64,000 bases of DNA. Origin: Catajapyx aquilonaris. Its lineage: Eukaryota. The position numbers and the translations under genes are program-made. This document shows, in pieces, positions 12,835-25,595 of the stretch (within the stretch, counting starts at the first letter, position 1; the number at the start of each line of letters is the position of its first letter). The notes beneath the pieces were generated by a model. It was not told where the DNA came from. It ran no database searches and worked only from the letters and a program-made list of their open reading frames with translations. Location: NCBI GenBank assembly GCA_000934665.2, contig KZ538389.1, positions 1 to 64,000 of the forward strand, given 5' to 3'.

Positions 12835-14693
12835 AGTAGCCTATACAGCACTATATGTTTGAATTTTGGGTGTCCTCTCTTGCGTATTCAGCATAGATTT
12901 GTTCATAAAACGGGGTGAGTGGCATTTGATATCTGGACTGGATTTAGACGGGTACTAGTAAAAGCCATTATCACTGCGAGGTAGTGATTGATTTTATTGC
13001 TGGTTCCGTATTCCGGGTGAGATTGGACGAGCTTTTATTGAGGGCAATTTGGTAGTTATTTTCAAAATACTTAGCTTCCTAAAGCCGGGCTCTCCACATT
13101 TATGAAGTTATGAATCTGGAAGTAGTTAGCAGGAGACATTTAAGGGCTTTCGCAGCGTTTCCCCCACCTTCTCCTACATGCTGTACCGCCAAATTTACGC
13201 AAATGACAGCAATAAAAGGCGCGATGGGCCTATACATAGAGTGCATGTGTGACAGTATACGGGACACTGCAGGTGTTGGATAAATCTAAATATTGAGCTG
13301 CCTCCTTCTGCACCCTGCCGCACGTGCCATGTACAGTTGCATGCACATTATGGCTGCTGGAAGAAATAGAAGTGCAGGTGGTTTCGATAGTTAATGTAGC
13401 ATGAACTGTGTAAAAAATGCGCAAAATTGAGTTACACGCTGTATAATGGTAATGTACAGGGAGATTCTGCAACCTCCTCAAAAATGTTATATAGAACCCT
13501 TCAACTTTGCAGATATTTAGTGAAGTACGCTAACATTAACATGCAGACTACTTATCTCCATAACGACGCCCAATCAACTGGCGTAGATTCTAGAATTTTA
13601 TCGCAACATAAATCCGAAAGGAAATGCGCATCGCCTTTTGCTCCAAGCTGCCCTGTACATATTATCCGTTGGGTTTACCTGTAATACAGTATATCCAGCT
13701 ATTGAGCTTGCAACTGTATTATTTGCATATTTGATTTAAAAACCTAATGAAATACTACAGAATCCATTACAATGGATTCACATTTGTCGGGGGGGCTTGA
13801 TTAGTTATCGACCAATAACATCGACGAGCTTTAAAATATTCCGCATCTGACACTCCCTCATTAATTAAAATCACTTTCCCATTATTTCAGGGGGCACTTA
13901 TTATACTTGCTCCTCATAGCTCATTCATAGATAATCGATACAGCATTTCCACTGGGATCAGAACGCGTGAATTTACGGGATATTTAATTTTGAAAATACG
14001 CATCATACAATAGGCGCGATTAGCTCGAAGTTTGAGATAGAGATCATACCTATACATGAGTATAAATTGCTGCTGCCTGTGATACGGCATGGCTACATTG
14101 CTATATGGCACAGATTGACCGGAATGATTTGCCTAATTCAGGACGGAATCAAAATTTCACAACCTTGAATCTGCTCATCAAAACAGCAAGATAATGGTCA
14201 ACAAAGCACGTTATTTTCCTTCCCTTTTGTCATGTTCCATCTCTAATGCAGTTCTTGCCCGATATTCAAGTGCAGGAAAAACGGAAAAAAGGGAGCCAGT
14301 GTGCCATATTGGTCTAGACTCTAGAGGTAAACAACTAGACCCTTTGGTGCATGCCAGGTGTAATGGATTAGAGAGCATTAAAGGCAGATTCAATAGAATT
14401 TAAAGTGAATGCAGTGTCCGTGGGAATTTAAGACAAATGTTTTCAGACGGTCTGGTAAAACATAGCTTACATTTGACGACATTTGATCCTTTGGAACTAG
14501 AATTGAAATATTGTGGATTCTAACAGACGCAATATTTGTTCCGAAACTGAAAACTGGGGACAATTACTCGGGAATGAACACAGGTGGGTATAGGCGGCCG
14601 GGAGTGCATGCACTTAGTCAACATCCATGTGGCTGGAGGGGCTCACGTTGCTGTTTGCTCACTTTGGCGCTTGCACTGTACATAGAGATTGGA

Positions 14694-14821
14694 ATGAGCC
14701 CTTCCAAATGCGAAACATGGCCAGAACCAGATGAAGGCGAGAGACATGCTGTGGCCGCAGATTGGTCGCAGATGTGGGTCAATGGACCAATCCGGCTTCG
14801 ACGACTACTCACAATGTCTGG
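14694..14821 (+). CDS. Candidate alternative first coding exon (MSPSKCETW...RLRRLLTMSG)
   Basis: ORF ends at donor TGG|GTGAGA in phase 2, in frame with the acceptor at 29968. Start codon uncertain because the frame is open further upstream. Confidence 0.45.
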
Positions 14822-15841
14822 GTGAGAAACGGCAGGAGTTTTCAGCTAAAAAGCTTTCGCCGGGGGAATAATTCATGCTAGGAAATCCGGGGCTCAAGTG
14901 CGGAGGAGTTTGTGCATGTGGCCTACAAGTACTGAGGTGCATGTGCAAATCCATTCATTATGGAACGAACTGGCCATTACCCTGGCTGGTTTCATATTGC
15001 TGGCGGCCGCCTACAGGTGGCGGAAACAACGTCCGGTGTATATACATATATGTAGCATATGTCGAGCAAGCGCTTTGGACGGATTGTGCTTCGACAGGGG
15101 GCTCTGGAGGAACGCCGCCTCTACTGCTGCTTTGAATAACACATCAACCCCCCCTAGCTTTCTCGGTATTCTTTTGTCTATCTCGCGAACAAAGCGTCGT
15201 TTTGCAGGCAGTTGCCAGCGGGAACCGTACCCTGCTTTGCACTTTGATGGGGGACGTCAGCCAGGAATGAGAACTGCTGCCCAGGTACTAGGCCTTTTTT
15301 TTTTTTTTTCAAGGGGGGCCACAGGTATTTTGGGGCCGTGCCGGAATGACGTCACGAAGTTTTGGGCCTTGTCACGTACGACCTTCAGCCACCAGACGTG
15401 CCTCTGACACCAGTACACTATTAGCCCGCTAATCTGCAATTATCGGACATATGACTAGGAACAAAGGACAGCTGACAGCAAAGTGTCTACAATGCGAGAC
15501 AATTTCAGTCGTGAGCGCCGTTCACTCATTTTGCACGTGAATGTGAATAATTTGACAGTCAGCTCTTTTCGGTGACGTTATATCTGAACGGCCCCTGTTG
15601 CCTACAGCCACATTCATTATTGTTTATGTAACCCGCAGGCAATTGGAAAGCAAATGCAAGGAAACGACGTGGATGGTCCTCTCGACAGGCTAATATGTGG
15701 GTGATGAAAGCAGGTGTTGGCAGCTGTGTGCCACATGCCCAGCTATGTAATGTAACCGACCAGTTGTGTGCCGCTCTGCTCGAAATAGGGCGGCAGGCAG
15801 ACAGGCACGTCGTCCCGAAAGAATTGTTATAAATTGTCCGG

Positions 15842-15927
15842 ATGGATTTGTACGTTTGGGACAGGCTGGACCACCCCTGGGCTCTGATGACTTTCACGGA
15901 ATGGGACACCTTGTTCCTGAGCCGCCG
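15842..15927 (+). CDS. Candidate alternative first coding exon (MDLYVWDRLDHPWALMTFTEWDTLFLSR-R)
   Basis: Upstream in-frame TAA at 15830, ATG at 15842, consensus donor CCG|GTAAGT in phase 2. Splicing gives ...SRRKAIA, similar to the RKAI junction of DGK-zeta. Confidence 0.6.
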
Positions 15928-18435
15928 GTAAGTTCCGGAAGAGGGATCAAGGTCCTCCCCATCCTATACAGCCACCACACCCTATCCATACAGATGAATT
16001 ACACCAGGCGGTATATACACAGGAAGGACAATGCACTGTTTATTTTCTCTGCTGCACGAGGCAATATTGCCAAGGTTTCCCACCCGGTGACGTATCTGGA
16101 TCGGATCCAAGCTATCAGCCACGCGAAACCCAGAATAAAACTGTTCCGCCGCGTGTTGGATGTTGCTATAATACAAGGTGTCCACGAAGGCACGCAGCGT
16201 AGTTCGTGTTATTCCTGGTATATACTCGCGGAATTATAATTCAGACAAAATTCCATTTTGATTTTCGTATCTCCGGAGCCAGTGACACATGGATCAATGG
16301 TCAACAACAACTGGTGTAAATCGCTAATAATAATAATATTAGCAGGGTAAAGTTTCAAATTACAGTGTATTAAATTATGCGGTTTTAAAGGCTGTGGGCA
16401 ACGTGAATTGATCCACATTAGAGCAAAAGTTTTGGCAAGCGGGTTAGCGTGGGAGGATGAGGGTCGGGCAGGGAGGAACCCAATTTCCAGAGTTTCCTAA
16501 CCTTGGGCCCGTGGTATGAGCGGTTCTAGTGTCCTGCATATGACCAGCGTTGCGGGCTTTTACGAGACAGCGCAGGCTGCCACCGTGTCACTTACAGATC
16601 GGATTAACGGTTGGCTCTTCAGACAAATTAGAAACCGATCCTTCAAGTCGAATTGATTTGAACGTGTAATTAAACGCAATGACCTATCGTTCCGGGCCAG
16701 CTGCTTCCTTGATTGTGTCCATTTGGAGCAGCCGCAGCATCATTACAGGGGGAATTGTGGCCAAGTGGGCGGTGTGGAAGAGGAGAGGGCAACTTCAAAA
16801 CAGGCTTCCTGATAGCCCCATGCCCAGCACTTCTTGTGTCCGGTCTTAATGCGGAACCCAGCCTGCTTCATTCAACTAGTCCAACCATTGAGTATTAAAC
16901 GGTCCGACTATTTATGGCCCACTATTTATATTTGGAAGCAAAATTGCTTGAAAAAGCGGCATATTTTTTCCCCGGGTATCCAACATCGGGGGACGCCTTC
17001 CCCGATAATGCCAGTTGGTATTCTGGTTTTAGCGCCCAAATGATGGATGGCGCTTGGGAAGCGACTATAGCTTCCCTAGGGCAACCAATGGCCCCCTGCT
17101 ATAAATAGGCCCGAAGCTCCGACGCTTTTTATTTCATAACTACGGGCGGTATCTGACAATATTTCTATGGGAGCTAAAGGGTTGCATAGACGTCAGGATG
17201 ACCTTTATGGCGTGTGGGAGGGTGCTTGGAATAGCTTGTGACGGGGGCAACGATATTGATGCAGCAGTCAAGTGCATCGCGTGGTATACCCAGTGGGCGG
17301 AGGAACGGTATTAATCCCCGTCCTATTTGGAAGAAACTTAGCATTCAGTCCAATAAAGCCCCGATGTGAAACCGGGAAACAATGAACTCCCGCCGGATTC
17401 TTTTCCAACCGGTTTTCCCAAAGGGAAAATTCGTTGAAAAATTCAGCTTCTATTTTGTGATACTTCCTGAACGGTATATTGCTATAGCATTGCCTGGGAA
17501 CCTAAATCGACCGGTAATAGTTGCTGCGATATGTCTGGATATGTAATGAACTTTTAGGCGTTGCTCCTGTGCTAGATTGTGATTGTGACATTTTGCTTCA
17601 TATCCACCTATAGAGGAGCCAGGATCATCTCACAGGCTGAGCCAATATTGATGCAGGTATCAATAGGATTTTCCGATTTGCAGGCTATTTTGGAAGTAGT
17701 TTTGGCGAGATTGGAGGTATAGTAGGAGCGGAAGGTGGAGCCAAGGTGAGACGTTAGGGACACGAAGCAATTTTTTAGTGTGGGGGGTTGCCCCGTCCTG
17801 GAGTCACTCAGCATTCATGAGCCGGCGCCCTTGGGGGGATTCCGACCTCCTTCAAAATTCATTGGTGCAGATGAGAGCGGGCCATTGTGACGGAAGCCGA
17901 GCGTAATTCGCGACTAAGCCATCTCTTTCTAACCTTGTCGCGAACCCGCACTTCCGGACGACACGACGTGAGCTCGCGGAGGAAAGGAGTCTGGTGTGCC
18001 CTGCGGCGATCAAAATTCATTTCGGCAGGTGGTAACCGAAACCGTGTCGACTCCCGACTCAGATAATGGAGTTAACATAATCTCAGCTCTTTCAGAATTT
18101 TGATAACGACTGGAAAGAGAGCTGCCTAGCTGCGGGGTGTCCACATAACAACTTGTCTGTCCTGGACACTAACTGTCGGGAAGAATATTTTGACGCCCCT
18201 CACTAGATGGCAGTGGCGTCTGGGTATGGACCTGGCTGGGGCGGTGGGCTCTTTTGTAGAGTGAGTCATGAGACGGCCCGGCTGCAGGCTCATCGCAATC
18301 AATGGGCTGCTCCAAACCTGTGTATTTTTGGACCGCGACCACAACCCTGAATGGCCTCGCGGGGTCAGGAGGGATGACCTGTGGAGGTCACCCCTCACAC
18401 TATACGGTATGTCGCGACTCGCGTGTCATATTGTA

Positions 18436-19389
18436 AGGGAGATCGGGGTCGGTTATAATAGGGTACGGTTGTAACATCGCCAATAATAAATTATACGTTT
18501 GGAACTGAGGACCTGAAGCTGAAACTCACACAATACGTGTGCCAGTATGGCCTCTAAGCCACGCCAAACTTTGGCTACTCGTTTTTGTTTTTTGTTTTTT
18601 GTTCTTCCATATGCAAAAAACCAAAATCAAGGTGTGTTCCCAACTTTCGTGAGTGGCAGTAATCAAGTGATTATGCGGAGGGTAGCGGTGTTATTTAAAT
18701 GCCCTTGGTATAATGAGAAAAGTTCTTGTAGAGGGGTCACACTGACGCGACGGTAGGGATGACGAAATCATATGCACAGTTAAAAAGTAGGAAGCATATC
18801 TACAAGACAACACACAATGGGGACGGTTGTAACAGTTTCCTTGGGGTCAGTTGTAACATGGTAAAATCATGAGAGAGGTAAAGTCTGTTTTCAGATGTTA
18901 CAGCTACATATTTGTTTGGATATTGAGAGTAGAAACAAATATTATTTTGTGCAATAAAGCCTCATAATCAGTTTGTCGAAGATTTATATCAATAAAAAAT
19001 CCATTTTCTTGTAATACTTATCTGCTGATTAAATTCCTGTGTATCGAGAGATAAATATAGTAATCCAGGTGGACCAAGTAGGCTATAAGACAATTGTCTA
19101 AGATGAGTGGGTATAAACCGTTCTCGATATTACATTTTTCCCTTAAGACATAGTGTTACAGTCGACCCCGTCCTCTATGATGGGGTCGGTTGTAACACTC
19201 CGCCTTGCCTTGGAAAAATATTTATACCCATAAATCTATCAGTTTTTAATCTTAATATTTGATCATGTTAATTTTACAAGGATGAACGTTGCCTTATTTC
19301 CACCATGTCATAAATCTTTGCCTTAATGCATGTGTAACTGAATTTAAAAATCCGGACTAAAAAGTGTTACAGCCGACCCCGATCTCCCT
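18436..19389. mobile_element. TA-flanked MITE (pogo-like)
   Basis: TA-AGGGAGATCGGGGTCGG ... CCGACCCCGATCTCCCT-TA; internal repeats ggggtcggttgtaac. Confidence 0.85.
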
Positions 19390-19396
19390 TACTATA

Positions 19397-19930
19397 CAGG
19401 ATGTTCCCTGTAATATGGGACAGACTTGTAGGGGTAATAGAGGGGACCAAGACAAGTATTTTTCACATAGGAACCCGTGTCCGGAAACGCCATCTGGAGG
19501 GGGTAAATAGAAGCGGAACGGGTGCGTTCACACGCGTCAGGGAGGAGGCGTTAGGCGAGCGGACCGTTTAGTTGCTAGGTGGCCCGCAGATAGTAAACAA
19601 CGGCGCAATTACCAATAACCTGGCAATAACAGAGCCGTTGTTTACTATCCGCAGGCTACCTAGCAAGCGGGGCTTTAGTTGCTAGGTGGATCTGTTGTTG
19701 CCAGGTTATTGCGAATTGCGACGTTGACTATCTGCCCGCCAGCGCCACCTAGCAACTAAACTGTCTTCTTGCCTAGCGCTTCCCTCCTGACACGTCTGAG
19801 CGCACCCGTTCCTCGTCTATTGACCCCATCTAGATGGCGTTTCCTGACACGGGTTCCTATGTGAAAAATACTTGTATTGGTCCCCACTATTACCCATACA
19901 AGTCTGTCCCGAATGACAGGAAACACCTTG
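19397..19930. mobile_element. Foldback Tc1/mariner-type MITE, copy 1
   Basis: TA-CAGGATGTTCCCTGT ... ACAGGAAACACCTTG-TA, palindromic throughout; second copy at 49846. Confidence 0.88.
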
Positions 19931-19932
19931 TA

Positions 19933-20147
19933 AGGTGAAGTGGGGTAAGTGCATACACGGGGTAAGTGCATACACGGGCCGCCATATTGGAATGAAAATG
20001 GCTGACGACACCAAAACGCGCCAGGCACTCTTTGTCTAGCTGCACACAACATCCCCGGACGCGTTTTGGTGTCGTCAGCCATTTTCATTCCAATATGGCG
20101 GCCCGTGTTTGCACTTACCCCGTGTATGCACTTACCCCACTTCACCT
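19933..20147. mobile_element. 215-bp near-perfect palindromic MITE
   Basis: TA-AGGTGAAGTGGGGTAAGTGCATACACGG ... CCGTGTATGCACTTACCCCACTTCACCT-TA. Confidence 0.9.
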
Positions 20148-22889
20148 TATATGATTTTGCACTGAAACTAAATGCAAAATCGTCGCCATCTTTTTCAGCG
20201 ATAGTACACCCAATGTTGTCTCCCCCTGTATTAAAATAGAAATTACTGTGGGCGGGGTGCTTTTGTGCGCACAGAGATTGATGTGCTGAATACAGAATCG
20301 CACATGCCTGCTTCTCACGCTCTTTTCAACCCATTTTTTGAAGGCTTAAAATAATGCCTATAATACTGCTGTGCTTGAGCTCCGTATTCACTTTGAGTTC
20401 CACTCCTTGACGTTATTGATAAAGCTCTCGACTGTTTCTCTACAACCTTTGAAATCCCCGGCTGAGTATATGGGACTTGGAATCAATACAGTTTCCTGGA
20501 AGATGGTCATGAATGCTTATGGTTTTGGTTTGCTTGGCTGGGGGTTGCCCCTAGGCAGCCCAGCCTATAGCAGATGGTGTCAAAATTGCGGAGAATCCCA
20601 GTCCCAACTTTCCCGCCATTAGATTTACGGGGCCAATCCGAGCGAGGAACTGCTCCGTCTAGTCCTGAGGCAGTCCTTGGTTACAGTTGTCTGACGATTG
20701 ACCTGGCTCACCAAAGTGGAAACGGCGTTGAAGGCGACAGAGAGCACACCCCACAAGTCGACCGTTAAATCAGCGACGATGGCTTGACTGAACATGGCTT
20801 GATCAGGAGGAGTATCCCTCCTCAAATTTCGGCAAATAGTTGAGTATGTATGAGGAGTAATTCAGCGAATCTTATCCGATTAAATGGCAGGAAAGCAATT
20901 TGTGCCGTTCAAGCCTTACAAGTTGTGATGTAGACCTTTGCGCTATTCAGCCGATCCGTCTTGTAGGAGCTTTCAACAATTTCATCGAGTGTATACATGC
21001 GCCTATTCCGCATGATTCACTTCATCGTTACTGACGTGCCTGCTTGCTTGTTGTAAACGTATAAAGCGGAACTAATCTGGATCGTTGAAAATGCGGCAGA
21101 TGTAAGATTTTCAGCCCGGTTTTTTTGCAATTTCCAAAAGAAAAGCTTAGGCTGTGTAGTTGTGGATTCGAAGAGCGTCTGCCAAAGAGATTGTGTCTGT
21201 CGGGTGCGCTTATCAGACACAATAAAACTCTTTTGCGGGATTTCTGAAACATGCCTACTATTATTGGCAAGCCGCGGAGAAAATCTTCTGCAGAAAAAGA
21301 AGGCTTGTGACACACCTTTCAGCCGTTTGTTCGTTTTTTTAAACTGCATTTTTGCATTATTGCGCCACTCCATCCCTGCATGCAGGGTTATTACACGCGT
21401 GCATTGTTATTCATGTTGTACGAAATAAGTTTGTCACAATCGCATAATTGATTAGCCAAGTCCATTCAAATTTCCATAACGTGATGAAATTTATTTGCCA
21501 TTGAATAGTCACTGTCAGTTTTCACTATCTAATCACTGCTCTCTAAAACCGAAACACGGTTTAGCTTTTTTATGGTGTCATTTCCAAATTGGACAGGGTT
21601 TTATCATTTCTGTGTTGTATGCAATAATGTGGTGATTATTAAACAGTTGGCAGGCTGCATGACGTAACTCGTATTTTCATTACACGAACCATTATTTTTG
21701 TGCAGGATAACGTTCTCGTGGCACTGACAAAGCTCTTGTAGAAAAAAATACTGGTTTTGTCTTGTTCCTAGAACCACAACCACCCAGACCTGTTTCTCAT
21801 ACGAAATAACAAACTTGATAGAATAGACTCGGTTATAGCAAATTCTGTACCTTCCCAGAATCTCCTGAAGGATCTAGTGACCTTCGTTATATTCCATGTA
21901 AACAAACCATATTTCATGACAATTCAAAGAAGTGAATGGACCATATGTCAAACTAACGTAATTCCACGAGTCTGAAAAAAGCTCGCCTTTTCTAACGGCA
22001 TGTATTGCGTCACAAGTAAATTGCAACATCTAAAAGTGCCAGGCAGCAAGAAAAAAGCGCCATACCGTTGGTTTTTATATCTCAGAAATCGAAAGAAGCA
22101 TCTGTTCTCAAGTTGCTTCAATTTGTGGCACATCTGGAGATTTCTCCAAAGATTGGATCTGGAAGGTGAGAGGATGGGCGGAAGAGCGGTCGTCAAATGT
22201 AAATCTATCCGGAATATTTCACATTTTCCCAACCTGCGTTAATAAAATCTGAAGGTACAGTACGACAAATTTTTGTGTCTCTGTCGTTGTGGTTGGGGTC
22301 AATTATTAACAGGGACAAAAAAATCAGTTTTCCCCGTATCCCAACATGAATTACAGTGCAGGATTCGTGTGTTTTTAATGCTAAAATGGCCACTGTTGTG
22401 GGTCATCAGCATTCCCTGCACAACCTGTAAGGTGCCCTATCAATTATGGAGATGTGTAACTGGTGAGTCTGAGTCGTTAAAATTACACGAGACCCCAATG
22501 ATCCGTTCAAACCTTTTATGTAAATCGGTTTTTTGTTTCACCTGAAAACGGTTTTTTTAACACACTAAATCCGGTCCCCGTTGCATTCACGCATTCAATT
22601 TGATCCAAGTGCACTCAGACTCAATTCGCACAGCTCACATAAAATCGCTTCCAAACTGGTTTTATAAAAATGAGGACAACATAGGCGTCGGGCAGCCATT
22701 TGTCAAAATTACCCTCGTTTGCATTTAAATTCCATTTTTGTGCCCTTGTAATCCCAGTTGAAAGCGCCCTTGGTGAGCGTTTTCAGAGTGAAAAGTTACT
22801 TGTAAACAGGCCTGCTTTAAAGCGATGGTAGGCATACACACCGGGTAAACCAGAAAGTCCGTTTGAAAATTTTGATTATTTATACTGGA

Positions 22890-23172
22890 ACCGAAGCAAG
22901 TTGGTGTAGGGGTTAAGGAGCCAGACTGCTAATTGGGAGGTCCTGGGATCAAATCCCTGGGCCGGCAACTCTGACCGTGGTTTTCTGTGGTTTCCCAGGG
23001 TCCTTCCAGGAAAATTCCGGAGTTGCTTACGTAATTAATAGGCCACAGCCGCTTCCTTCCGTCCCTATCCTATCCCAAAGCCCAGTAAAATGAAAAAGCA
23101 AAGAGTTCCAGGCAAAACAAACTTCCCCCCTACAGAGCCGAAAATGGCTGATAACGGGGTATGAATTATTAT

Positions 23173-23220
<48 letters not shown>
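22890..23220 (+). mobile_element. tRNA-derived SINE family A, copy 1, (TAC)n tail
   Basis: A/B-box-like head (tggtgtagggg ... gggatcaaatccc), shared body ggttttctgtggtttccc...aggccacagccgcttccttcc, short flanking repeat tactgga; near-identical copies at 50679 and 59349. Confidence 0.9.
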
Positions 23221-23221
<1 letters not shown>

Positions 23222-25527
23222 GGATATATAGGTCGATTTGTGCTCATTTGTATATACGATGTGGCAATAGGGGTAAGTTGGTGCATCTTGTTGTGGAGCG
23301 GCATCGGTTGCCGTTCAGAATGTTTTGTGCCTGCGGAACAAAAGCGCCGCTGCTCATTAGCAATTTAATCGAGTAAAAGTTTTGTGCAGTTAGTGAGTCG
23401 AGAGGATGGATCGCCTGAATGAGCACGGGAGCTGCTCATTTCCTTGCATCCACTCCCATTTTGCCAAGGATGAATTCGGGTAAATAGCGACCAAAATCTG
23501 GTCACATGGATCAAGAAGGCAAAACCAGCGTCATCTTCCGCCGTGATTTGTGACTTTGTGGACTGGTGGCGAGGAGCGAACCAACTCCAGTTGGCTCAAG
23601 CTACCCCACATGGCCAAAGTACCCCCTTGGTAGCTTTTTTCATTGCCCTCTGCGCTCTCCCAACTCCGATAACACAACGGGACAAAACGACAACATTCTG
23701 CGGGGTGTAGTGGTAGCGTACATTTACACGGCGGGAGAGCAGTTTTCAGGTGGGAGTTTGGGCTCGGCATCACCTAGATACATACACCTTCATCCTCCCA
23801 CGCCCCTTTGTCCCCGCAGCATGCGCCGAGGATCAATATCTGGCGACAAACTCTTAAAGAGAGCGACGGGCTTCATGTTGCCATTGATGGCGGATGGAAT
23901 GGAGGTCGTCGGTGAAACGAACAGCCGGCTGGACAATCGCCAGAAAAGGGGAGGGGGAAGCGTACTATGTGTATGATGGTGTTTTTTCTGGAGGGGGAAG
24001 TTGGCCCAAAACGTGCTTCCGGTAAAGGTTATTGTGTCAAGGGAAGGCCCAAGATGTACTCTGCGGTTAACCTTCAGAGGAAGATGCCTAAATTGACCTC
24101 GTGCTGAGGAGTCAGCCAGATTTCAGGGACGGGAGTTACGTCACGTGGAATAAGTGCAAGGGATGCCATTACCATAGTGCACACCTAACGGTAAAGGATT
24201 GACCGCATTTCACAGGCTGTGTTGGGTTACAAGTATGACTCCGGTACCGTCCACAATAGTTTTTTGCAGGCTGTAGCTATAGGATCTTAGTCGCAATTTT
24301 TTTGGAAAATAAAACAAATTCATTATCATAAAGTCATTAATTTTTATTATTGTATATATTATCCGTTACATTATTTGAGGGGTGTTGTGGAAGACGTGAT
24401 AGGCTAACCCACATTTTTGTCGTTTTTGACCTGAACAGCTAGCAACTATGTAAAAGACATGACAACCAGTTTGGTATATTCCAAGTTCACGTATCATGCA
24501 CGAGGCGGCCACACGGACTATATAGATCAAAACCCGCATTCGCTGGAAAATTACACTTTTGTGGGTTGTCACGTTTTTCCACCACACCCCTTATTTTTAT
24601 TTAAGTTTTTTGGTTTCCCAAAATTAAGGAAAGGGGGCCTTTGGCTCATCCTGGCTACGCCCATGGAAATAGCGCTTTAAAAAAATTAATGAACCATGTG
24701 TTTCGATCCACAAAGTATCGTCCGGCTCGTACATTTGAGTTTTAATACTCTAATAATGTGTGCAAATGTAACGTGAAGTTATTACACTGTGCGTTGGGGC
24801 ACCTCCGGGTGCTAGTTGTATGCATCGCAAACACAAGTCGGCCATGTTTCACCGAATAATTAGTCGGAAAGTCATTTTGGCGCAGCTTAAATCATGGTTA
24901 ATGCCTCGATTTAGAGGATGTGAACCGATTGGCCGGTGTTGATATTGGCCCCTAGTAATTCGGTTTATGCGGATCTTTTTGGCATACATCCGGGATTTTA
25001 TTTCAATTTGGCCCATAAACCTTTTTGGGCCTGAACTAGGCCTAGTCGCCATGTTTAATGCATGCTCGTGGTATCGTGACATCCGCTCGAATTAGTCTTT
25101 CCTACGGGCCATCCCGGTAGATTAAGGCGGGCAAATGGCGAATTGAAACCCCACGGAACTGCCGGTTTCCTGAGTGGGGAGAGGAGGGGAAGTGGGGAGG
25201 CATGGGAAGAAAGGGGTCCTTCGTTTGATGGGCGTGTCCATGGCCCCATCCCGGGGATATGATGAAGATTGAAGCTGGAAAAGTGGTTGGAATTCCGGCG
25301 GCCGAGCTGCAAAAGATGAAGTGCGATCTCTTGGGGGGTGTGGATGTCTACTAAGTCGAGCTCAAATTGCGGGAGGGAAGCGGGAGGGATGCGGGAGGGG
25401 AATGAAAAGATGACTCTCCCCACCCCACTCCACACTATGGGGACAGCTCGTGTCACATGTGCCTAGAAGCCTTTCAATTCCATGTCCACTTTTCAGGACC
25501 AACAAATAGGGTCCACAAACGCCAGGC

Positions 25528-25528
<1 letters not shown>

Positions 25529-25591
<63 letters not shown>

Positions 25592-25595
25592 TAAT
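25529..25595. repeat. (AAT)n microsatellite
   Basis: Direct reading. Confidence 0.95.
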
